Part shown: in pieces, positions 23,601-34,007 of the stretch
Position numbering within the stretch: position 1 is the first letter of the stretch
Layout: each line of letters begins with the position of its first letter
Origin: Bilabrum cf. latius
Lineage: Eukaryota
Length of the DNA stretch: 64,000 nucleotides
Direction of reading: 5' to 3'
NCBI GenBank assembly: GCA_965178125.1
Contig: OZ237737.1
Location: 62,001 to 126,000, forward strand
Made by a program: the position numbers and the translations under genes
The notes under the pieces: generated by a model
Databases searched by the model: none
What the model saw: only the letters and a program-made list of their open reading frames with translations
What the model was told of the DNA's origin: nothing

Positions 23601-25656
23601 TGCCCTCGTCCTCGTCCTTCCCTGCCTGTACCCGGTCTGCGGCTGCACGCAGGTGCTACAGGGCACCCCCAGCCCCAGACCTGACGAGCAGCTCCCCGCA
23701 CGCCCGGGCAGCCGAGTCACCGGGGCGGGCGTGGCCCGAGAGCACCACGCACAGCCCGCTGGCCGCGCTGGCGCCGGTCCCGTCTCCCACCGCAGTGCCT
23801 TGCACCCTTCTCTTGTCCAGCGTCTCGCCGTGCATCACCAGAGCCCGCCTCCCACGGTGCGCCAGCTCCCTCAGCACCGGCAGCGGCAGGAAACCAAGCA
23901 GAGGCACGCGGGCCAGCACTGCGGCGATCCATCCAGGGTCCTCCAGAGGACGCGCCATGGGGGCCCGGAACAGCCTCGCGCCCCTGAGCGCCAGCGCTGC
24001 CTCCGGGTGCGTCCTCCTGTTCCTGGCCGCTTCCTGCTGGCGGACCCTCTCCAGGCGGGCGGCCGTCTCGTCCTGCAGCCTGTGCGCCGCCTCCAGGTCG
24101 CTCTTGAGCAGCGCTGCCCTGCGGCGCACCGTCTCGAGCTCTGCCTGCAGGGACTCCCTGTCGCTGGCCGCCGCTCGCCGGGTCACCTGCAGCTCGGCGA
24201 TCAGGTCCGCGGTGGTCTCGAGGCTGTACACGGGCAGCGGCTACTGGGGGGACAGGTCCTCGCGCTGCCCCCGTCGCGATTCGTCACCATCTCGCCCATC
24301 GGGAGCACCCATGTCAGCCCGTGGGTCGGGTCTCCTGCCCCTGGAAGCAGGCACCGGCACGCTGCTGCCCTCCCCGGCAGTGCCCAGCACCGGGCTGTCC
24401 GGAGCGGAGGAACCCAGGCTGGCCGGCCTGCTGCTGCTGCTGTTCTTGCTGCTGCCCGAGCGCGCGGTGGGGCGGGGGAGAGGTTCAGCTCCGGTCATGG
24501 AGCTTCCACCATGCGATGCACCCTGGGCTAGGGGCTGGAACCGAGCGTTCACCACGCTGTGCGACCCTCGCGGCAGCCCACCCGGCCCCAGTGGCATGTG
24601 AATCCTGGGGGTGGGGCGCGGGGACTGGCCCTAGCTCTGAGGAACATCAGCCTTGGAGTGCGACTCAATGGATGCTGCTACTGCTGCTGCTGCTGCTGCT
24701 GCTGACGGGGCAGGGTCGGCTGCCCTCTTGGTTGGCCTGGGGCCTCCCCTCAGCCTGCGGGGAGGGGTGGTCTCGCCGCCTGCCGTGTGCCCGCCACCCA
24801 GAGACGGACCCGCCTGCTCCTGCATCTGCACGGCGAGGTGTGACGAGTGCATCTGCGGTGACCCCAGCACGCTGGCACCGGGGCTCCAAGTGTGGCCACC
24901 CCCTCTGGGGACAGCACCCCCCACGCCCAGAGCCATGCCCCCGGGGATGGGTGACATGGGCGGTGCAGGGCCCACCCCCATCCCAGCGCCAGCACCCGAA
25001 CTCGCCCCTGCTTCAGCCGTCCCTGGCGCGAGGGTGGCGCCCCCTCCCGCCGTGGAGCTGGCCCAATGGAAGGACGCACCGCCACCAACGGTGGCGCCGG
25101 CGGGCTGGGCAGCGGCAGCGGCAGCCTCCCCCTGGGGGACACCCAGAGCCTGGTAGTATGCAGCGATCGCCGCGCGCATCTGGTCCGGAGACATGGCGAC
25201 CGGAGTGCCAGGCAGAGCCTCGGCCGGCTCGCCACGCGAGGAGCGGCCCCGAGAGCGGGATCTTCCGCGGCTCCTGCTTCTATGCTTGCGTTCACGGCGT
25301 CTGTGTCTGTCCGTATCGCCTCTACCTTTCCGACGACGACGCCTAGAGGATGCACGAGAGTGATCGTTCGATCGCTGGTCTTTCGACTCGCTCGGCCTGT
25401 CATCCCAACGATCTCCGGATGCATCCTACCCTTTAGCTGAAACTTGCATTAATCCATCGCCTGAAAGTCTTTGCTGCTCATGACTAGGCTCAGCTGGACG
25501 CGAGTAGTTGCCCAATTGTGACTCGTCGTAGCCAGCCCCTGCTCTTCCGCCAAGCGACCCTTGGCCCACGGCTCCGCCCTACAGGGGGCGAACAGGCGCC
25601 CGCGTGCCTCTTGAATTAATGCCAGACTAAAGCTCTTCTCTGCGAGAGCTGCTCAT
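17647..25656 (-). CDS. Large (~2,670 aa) PI3K-like protein with cNMP-binding-like, GAF-like, C2, helical and degenerate kinase domains
   Basis: One frame through nine TAGs (25627, 25579, 25426, 24631, 24241, 23656, 20362, 19798, 18586). C2-like AWAVVPLFG..GELVLG, helical KLLWAERQAL..PGALPLLL and kinase-like FMRCLAGAVVVSYVLALGERR. Start uncertain (25656 or 25722); ends TGA. Confidence 0.7.
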
Positions 25657-26036
25657 CGGGCCAAATCGGCCGATACGTAAAGTCCAACACTCGCCGCCAA
25701 TGGCGTCGCGGGCGAATTTCATGTGACGAGTGGTGTCGGTCAACGGTTATGCGGAACATCGGAGTGGCTCACGCGGCGCCTTTGGAAACGAAGTGAGCTC
25801 CTGTGCATTGATTGGCGCGTGTTCTATTTTGCAGAATACGACTTGAACGATGTACGCATCGCCTGGAAGGCGACGAATGTGAGCCAGCCTGCCAGTGGGA
25901 AGTCCTGACCTCGATCATGCCATTGCGAAGCGGCACATCGCCTCTGTTCGTGCTTTGGTTGTCCTTGTCTCGCAGTAGATCAGGAACTCGACCAAAATCT
26001 CCCAGGCGACATAGTCTGGATTCCAGGGCGTAGGCA

Positions 26037-28340
26037 ATGCTTGAAAGTATCGCAAAAGATATTGATGCAATGCAAGATTCAGACGACGACGACAACGGAA
26101 GCAACGACGGCCTCCTCCGCCTAGACGATTACTCGCACATGAAGCGCAGAAAAAGCAGGGCGGTATTGAGTTTATCAAAGAGCCCCCCGGTCAATAGCCG
26201 CCCGGCTGTAAGTTCGAACGACAGTCCGCAGCGAAGTCTAGGCGGCAAGGGAATGGGTGATGAGTCGGAGCAACTCCCCGCGCGCGACAGCGCCGATACA
26301 GACGGTAGCCAAAGCAATCTATCGCTTCCTAGCTCACAAGTGCAATAGGATAGTCAACATCATGCGCAAGAGGTTCGACCAAGATCCCGCTCTCGGAGAC
26401 TGAGCGCCTCCAGCAGCGCCAGCGCGTCGAGTGGCGCGACCAGGACTGCCGGCGACGCTATCGATGGGAGGTGCGACTGCTCAACAGCGGGGTGCTACGA
26501 GCTCTTACTTGGAAGCGAGTTCTAGGACCTGCCTATTCGGGAGCAGCTGTGGGTGCTGTTCGACGAGCCCTCCTCGAACCGGCTCGCCTACGCCATCTCA
26601 GTGTTCATCATGGGCCTCATCGTGCTGTCCGTGGTGACCTTCATCCTGGAGAGCTTGCCGCAGTTCTATGCGAAAGGTGGACACTTCGTATTCGACGTCA
26701 TCGAGATCGTGTGCATCGCGGTGTTCACTCTCGAGTTTGCCATCCGGCTGGGCACCTGCCCGCGGCTCGCCGATTTCGTCCGCGGCCCGCTCAACATCGT
26801 GGACCTGGTGGCGATCGTGCCGTTCTACGTGGAGCTTCTGGCGGGCTCTTCGAGCGTGGGGTCGAGCGCAGTCCTGCGGGTTGTTCGTCTGGTGCGTGTG
26901 TTTCGCGTGTTCAAGCTCACGAGATACCTATCGTGGGTGAGGACCTTCACCAACGCCATGGCCAAGTCGGCGCAACCGCTGGGCATGCTGCTGTTCGTCA
27001 TGCTCATAGGGGTGATTGTGTTTTCCTCGGCCATCTACTACGCCGAGAGGGGCACCCTGGATCTCGCCTCGGGCCGCATGCTCCGCAAGGATGGGCGGCC
27101 CTCCCCGTACAGCAGCATCGTGCAGTCCTCGTGGTGGGCCATCATCACCATGACCACCGTGGGGTACGGGGACGATGTGCCCGTCACCACTGCGGGCAAG
27201 CTCATCGCGGCGGTGACGAGCCTGACGGGCGTGCTGGTGCTGGCCATCCCCATTACGGTCATCTCGACTAACTTCAGCGAGGAGTACAACAAGCTGAGGA
27301 AGCAGAAGCAGAGGGTCAGAGCGCGCATCACCATGCTCCGCAACCAATTCAAGCAGCAGCGAAGCGGTCTGGACGCGATCTGGGACGAGCTGGAGGAGAT
27401 GGTGCGCCGCAACAACGCAGAGCTCAAGAAAGAGACCGAGGACCTGTTCGACACAGCGGCCATGGAGCTCAGGGAGGAGCTCAAGGCAATCACCCAGCTG
27501 GCCTTCAGGCAGAGGAAGAAGAAGCTGGTGGAGCGGGCGAACAGGGAGGTGAGGGCGAGGATGCGGGGGGGCGCCAATGATGGGGCCCCCAGCAGTGGCG
27601 GGCAGGTCGATGGTAGCATTGGTGCCTTTGGCGTGCAGGTGGGAAGCAGCCTGATCGATGCCGCAGGTGGGTTGGGCGCTTCCATTGGGGCAGCTGAGAG
27701 CAAGGGGAGTGAGGGAGGGCGTGATGTGGGCCAGGACCGGGACCAGGACCAGGACCTGAAACAGGACCTGGACCTGAAAGAGGAGGTCTTGCCTGCAGGT
27801 CCCGTCAGAACCGTGAGGCGCGGGGGACGTGCAGGTGACGGCGCGATTGGGAGCTCTGCAAGTAAAGGGGCGAGGAGGATGGGCGTGGCAGGCATCGGGC
27901 AGGCCTCGAAGCTTGCTGCGCTCGAGGCGGCTGGGGCAGCGGATGATGCGACACCCAAGGGGTCACAGTCCAGCGGCACTGGCCAGAGCGTGCTTGATTC
28001 AGAAAAACCGCATCGTAGCCGAGACACCGGTCCGTCGGACACCGATAGCAGGCCCGAAGGCCCAGCGTTTGTCGAAGCAAGCAAGCAGGGGCATGAGCAT
28101 GGGCGGACTGGCGGCGGCAATGCACCCACAGCGGCGAGCTCGGCGGAAGCCTCCTGCGAATCTCCGCAGCAGGCTCATTCTGCAGTTGCGTGCAAAGACA
28201 TGGGCACGGACGGAGGTGGGGGGGCAGGGGGCGTGACCGTGCTGGCTTCAAGCCGGCCCGCCGCGGTTCGGCCGCCGCCCGACTCCGCAAAGGAGAGAGG
28301 GGCTCGAGCGGAGCAGGGAGACCCAAAAGGGGAAAGTTGA
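26037..28340 (+). CDS. Voltage-gated potassium channel (Kv-type, 6 TM)
   Basis: LWVLFDEPSS, S4 LRVVRLVRVFRVFKLTRY, pore WWAIITMTTVGYGD and S6 LAIPITVI. N-terminus extends through TAGs at 26523 and 26346; the start could be further upstream (e.g. 25917); ends TGA. Confidence 0.9.
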
Positions 28341-28486
28341 GTGGGTCATGTTCTAGAAATATGGCCGCTAGGTGTTGTCTCGGACTGCATAGTGTGACAC
28401 GTGTGAGGCAACTGCCGCAGCAAACCCGGAATCGGCGACCTAAATCCACCGACGTGGCGCCCACACTGATTCCTTTTGAACCCCCC

Positions 28487-31387
28487 ATGAACACACCGCT
28501 CCTTAGCGAGCTGTCCGGCGATGACGTTGAAGATATCCTCCCTGTTCCGTCTTCGATCTAGTATGGTTTTGCAGAGCTTGCCGCTGTGTAGGCAGCTTGT
28601 GTAATCGCGGTTTCACTGCTGTGGTACCACGGGGATGCTGACGCCGTCGAAAAAGCATTTTAGGGTTTGTCCGCAACTGTTGAATCTTTTGATGGTGACC
28701 TGTGGCTAGTTTTCATGCTAGGTTCGTGCTTGTACACTATTGCGATCCTGTGGGCGTGGCTCGGGACAGTTCTCGAGCACAGCCAATGGGCGCTGCTTGT
28801 AGCGCTTGGCTCTAGCGGTACGGTAGGGATGTATAGCATAGCTAAGATTATACTGCGGGCATCTTTGTTGATCGATGACAAGTGGCTCTGGAGCACTCCG
28901 TGCGTTACGATAGCTTGCTCGACATACCTTGGGGTGCGTGGCTGGTTCATTCTTGAGGCCAAACAAGGACACGACGAAGACCGCGATTATCTTCGTCGGA
29001 AGAGAGAATCGGGGACGGAGAGCACCAAAAGTGCCGTCGAAGGTATGGATGACCGGGAGCGACGTCGGAAGAAGCGGCGCGCAGCTCTCCGACAGCGGGC
29101 CGATTCACTGGATGGCGAAGCGGACGAGGACAGGGATGCCAGGCTGCTCAAGCGAATCAGGAAGGCAAAAGGAGAGGACGAGTAGGGCAGCGAGTCCGAT
29201 GGCGAGGAAGATCGCGACACCGGTAGCAAGCCAGGGGCCGATGGCAAGTTGAAGCCGCGCCCCTCGACGCTCTCTCGCCTGCTCGGGACCATGCTGCCTG
29301 ACTGGTGGATCATTGCAATGGGATTCGTCTGTCTCGTGCTGGCCGCGGGGGCCAACGTCCTGGTTCCGCACTACACCGGCGCCGCGGTGGACGCGGTTGC
29401 GATCCGCAAGGACGAGAAAGCCTTCGTGCGGTCCGTGCTGCTGCTGTTGGGCATGGGGGTGGTGCAGGCCGTTTTCGGGGGCCTGCGCGGGGGCCTGCTG
29501 TCCTGGTCCATCGCCCGCTTCAGACGGAGGGTCAGGGACCGAATGCTGAGGGCAGTGCTGCGGCAGGAACTGGGGTACTTTGAATCCACCATGACGGGTG
29601 ACATCATGAGCAGGCTGTGCGTGGACACCAACAAGATGGGAGACCAGATCTCGCTCAACCTCAACGTGTTTCTGCGGTCCCTCGTGTCCTTTGCCGGCGT
29701 GCTGGGCTTCATGTTCTCCATCAACTGGCAGCTGACCGTGGTGACGTTCATCGTCCTGCCCCCCACCCTCGTCATGGCAAAGGTGTACGGCGGCTACCTC
29801 CACACGCTGTACAAGAAATCGCAGCGCGCCTTGGCGGACTGCAACTCCACCGCGGAGGAAGCCATCGCGCACATCGCCACGGTCAGGGTATTCGCGGCGG
29901 AGCGGGTGGAGATCGCGCGGTACCGTGGCGATCTGGACGAGTTCGTGGGGTACCAGGTGCAGGTGGCTGTGACGTACTGCTTCTATGTGATCTTCACCAC
30001 TGCCCTCCCTGTGGCCGTGACCTGCTGCATCCTGTACGTGGGAGGGGTGTCGGTGTACCACGGCCGCATGGGCGGCGGCTCGCTGGTGAGTTTCTTGCTC
30101 TACCAGCAGCAGCTGAGCTCCTCTTTCCAGTCGCTCGGTGACGTGTTCTCCGGTCTGTTCCAGGCCACCGGGGCTGCAGAGAAGGTCTTCGACATCATCG
30201 ACAGGCAGCCCACCATCGATGAGCCTGGCAAGCTGACCGACGCTGACGTGCTGGGGGCTGCAGGGGGGCCGGGGGACGAGGGGCTGGAGCCGGAGGAGGA
30301 GGACTTCGTGAAGCTGGGCATCCGGGCACCGAGGGATGGAGCCGGAGGCGGGCAGGCACCATAGGCTGCCGTTTCGCTGAATGGGGACATACCCACGCCC
30401 AGCTTGTCGGTGGGTGGTGGAAATGGCAACGGGGCCGGGGCCGGGCAAGCGGGTGGGCTGACCGTGGGTCTGGGTGCTCCCCGGCTGCCGCTCGCCGATG
30501 GCCCGACGTCCTCGGGGGCGAGTGCACTGGGCGTGCCGGCCCTGTCGTCCTACCGCGGGTGCGTGGAGCTGCGAGACGTCTGGTTCCGGTACCCGACCAG
30601 GCCGGAGCACCCCGTGCTGAAGGGGGTCAGTCTGCGGGCCGACCCGGGGCAGGTGGTGGCGCTGGTGGGTCCATCGGGGGGCGGCAAGTCCAGCATCGTG
30701 AAGCTGATCGAGCGGCTGTACGAGCCGGAGAGGGGCGAGGTGCTTCTGGACGGGCGGCCACTCAAAGAGCTGCCCTACCTGCACAGGGCCCGCGCCATCT
30801 CGGTGGTGGCCCAGGAGCCCTGTCTCTTCGCGCGGTCCATATTCGAGAACATCGTGTACGGGCTGGAGGCGGAGGTCAGGGACGGGAAGGTGACCCGCGC
30901 TGACGTGGAGCGGGCCGCGCGGCAGGCGAACGCGCACGATTTCATCGCTGCGTTCCCCGACGGGTACGAGACCTACCTGGGCGAGAGGGGCGTGGCGGTG
31001 AGCGGGGGACAGAAACAGAGGATCGCCATTGCCCGTGCACTGGTGAGGCAGCCCATGGTGTACCTGCTGGACGAGAGCACGAGCGCCCTGGATGCAGAGA
31101 ACGAGAGGGTGGTGCAGGCGGCGCTGGACGAGCTCATGCAGGCGGGTCGCGCGACTGTGATTGTGGTGGCGCATAGGCTATCCACGGTGCAGAATGCGGA
31201 CAAGATCGTGGTGATTGATCAGGGGGAGGTGAAGGAGCAGGGCAAGCACGACGAGCTGCTCGCCCTGCGAGGGCTGTATGCGAGCCTGGTGCGCAGGCAG
31301 ATGGGACCGGACGAGGGGGGCCTGGCGACGGCAGCTGCTGGAGGCCGCCCGTCGCAGAGCGAGGCCAAGGCGTCCGAGTCTAGTTGA
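28487..31387 (+). CDS. ABCB half transporter (TAP/TAPL ABCB9-like) with an extra N-terminal TM domain
   Basis: TM domain, Walker A GPSGGGKS, signature VSGGQKQR, Walker [12 protein letters not shown] and AHRLST. TAGs at 28559, 28589, 28661, 29183 and 30362; ends TGA. Confidence 0.9.
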
Positions 31388-31520
31388 TGCGTTATGTTGC
31401 CACATGCTTCCGTTCGATCGTGCCACAGTGCGTGCGCTCCGAGCGGTTCCGGTTAGGGTGAGGGGTAGCCACAGGCGTCAAATTTGCGCCGCAGCTAGTC
31501 GGCGTGCGATCCAGGCTCGC

Positions 31521-33818
31521 ATGAAAGTTCCATTATCGTATGTTGCGTTGGCCCGGGGCTGCAGGGCTGCTCTGTCACCCCTGCCGACGGAGGGGTTCCG
31601 CCCATCTCGTCCACGTCACTCGGCATTTCTAGCAGCAGTGCGTGCAGCGTGCAAGAATAAGCACTTTAGCCCACCCGTTATTCATAGATATTTAAGTGTT
31701 GCTTCGACGGTGCCTAGAGCTGGCTCGGACGCGGACCCAAGCCCAAGCTAGAGGCAAGCCAGCGACCAGGGAAGCGCCGGCAACGGCACGCCTTGGGCAA
31801 AACTGCTAGGTCTCATCGCCGCAGGAGTCATCGGACTCAAGTTTGCAGCTGCGTGTTACCCGTTGTACTATGGCGACGTTCCAGAGCACACGAGCTCGTC
31901 TGACGTCCATCCCCCGGCCGTCGCGAGGAGGAGCTTGTTAGCGGCGAAACGGGCACTCCTCGGCTTTGCATCAGACGATTCGCCAGATAGTGCGCCAGAC
32001 AGCTTAAGGGCAGTGCGACGCGCGGTTTAGTACACTGCTTCCGTTCTTGGAGAGGCGGCCGACGCCGTGGGTGACGACCCGGACCCCAGCGCCAGTGCCG
32101 CGGTGGCCGCGCCCAACCGACAGGAGGAGGAACAGGACGCGATGTGGATGTTGCGGGAGAGCGCGCCTCCTCTCGTGTGGTCCCTGCTGGAAGCCAGCGA
32201 CCGTGTGATGCGCGACGTGGCCGCCGCTGCTGCCATCATCCTGGACTACTGGAGCCTTCGAGACCGCAGTCCGGAGGGGTGGTCCGGCGCCCATCAGCGG
32301 TCCGCCGAGCGGCTGCTGCGGCTGTGCCAGTGCAACATGGGCGTGTACATCAAATTGGGCCAGCACGTGGCCCAGCTGGACTATCTGCTCCCCGAGGAGT
32401 ACACGCGCACCCTCGCGCCCATGACCAGGCGAGCCCCCGTGTCACCCCTGCAGGACGTCCGGGAGACCATCCGCAAGGACCTGGGGGCATATCCCGAGGA
32501 ACTGTTCCAGAGCTTCGAGGAGAGGCCCATCGCATCCGCGTCCCTGGCTCAGGTGCACCGGGCTGTGCTGAAGGACGGCAGACAGGTGGCGGTCAAGGTG
32601 CAGCACGCGGGGCTGAGGGAGAGGAGCGTGGTGGACGTCATGACCATCGACCTGCTCGTGGGGGTGGTCAGGCGTGTGTTCCCCCAGTTCGAGTACTCGT
32701 GGCTGGTGGACGAGGTGAAGCGCAACCTGCCCAGGGAGCTGGATTTCCGCCTCGAGGCCCGCAACATCGAGGCGTTCAGGCGAAGGTTCGAGGGGTCGGC
32801 CCAGGTGGCGGCCCCGGTGGTGGTGCACGAGCACACGGCGAGGCGGGTGCTGACCATGAGCTTCGAGCCGGGGGTGTACGTGGACGACCTGCAGGCCCTG
32901 CAGCGGCAGGACCTGGACGTGAAGGCGGTGGCGGACGGGGTGTTCCGGGTGTTCAACGAGCAGATCTTCGTGCACGGAGAGGTGCACTGCGACCCGCACG
33001 GGGGCAACGTCCTCGTGAGGCCTTACAGGGGGCCGGGGGCATACCAGCGGGCGTTCATGGACGGCCGCGCCCGGGTGGGAGACTCCGATCTGCCCCCCGT
33101 GGTGAGGAACAGCAGCGGGAAGGTGGTGCCCGAGCTGGTTGTGCTGGACCACGGGCTGTACAGGAGGTACGACGATGACTTCAGGCTGACGTATGCAGAG
33201 CTGTGGAGGTCCTTGATCTTCTCGGACGAGCAGGGCATCAAGAAGCACGCGCAGGCCCTGCATGCAGGGGAGCTGTACCCGCTCTTCGCGGCCATGCTCA
33301 CCACCAAGCAGTGGGACGAGGTGCTGGATCCATCCATGGATTCGCTGCTGGTGGACTCCAGCCAGGAGGGCAAGAAGAAGACTGCCACCAACGCGAGAGA
33401 GTACATGGACGGCATCAACCACCTGCTCAAGACCATCCCCCGTGACCTGCTGCTGCTCCTCAAGACCAACGACAACCTCCGGGCCCTAGATGCATCGCTG
33501 GGGCACCCTTCCAATCCGTACATGATCACGGCGCAGGTGTGTGTCAAGGGCGCGCACGATGCCCGGCGCCGCAAGTCCAAGACCTGGGGCACGTGGTGGG
33601 CGGCCACGCACGACGAGTGGGTCGTGTGGGCGGGGCTGCAGGCCTTCGAGTGGCAGCGGTGGTGGAAGGGCGGGCGGGTGAGCGAGGAGGATAGAAGAGC
33701 GAGTGCAGAGGAGGGCAAGAAGCGGAGCTAGAAGGCGGAGGAGGAGTACAGGGAGTGGGAGAGGAGGCAGAGGGAACAGGAGAGCGACGGGCTGGAGCAG
33801 GAGGGAGGCAGGAGATAA
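31521..33818 (+). CDS. ABC1/UbiB atypical kinase, ADCK1-like
   Basis: YIKLGQ, ASASLAQVHRA, VAVKVQH, ELDF, HCDPHGGN and LDHGLY, with an Arg-rich presequence-like N-terminus (start 31521 or 31404). TAGs at 31749, 32028 and 33729; ends TAA at 33816. Confidence 0.88.
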
Positions 33819-34007
33819 TGGATAATGCAGCGCGGCAGCTCCCGGTGCATGAACAGATTATTTTGGAGTTGGCGAGCAGAAAGATCGTGCATTGACGTTG
33901 TTGTCATCAGCGAGCCGTCCACGCAACCTCGGACGGCCGGGCTCGTCATCACGACGCCACGCACCACGACAACTAAGAACACTTTGTATTGCTGTTGAGT
34001 GCGAACC

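Noticed and set aside
22457-24601. Long ORFs opposite real genes (e.g. 22457-24601 +, 29105-31174 -, 32442-33422 -, 15655-16584 +)
   Set aside because: These are antisense shadows of GC-rich genes, with low-complexity translations and no recognisable motifs.
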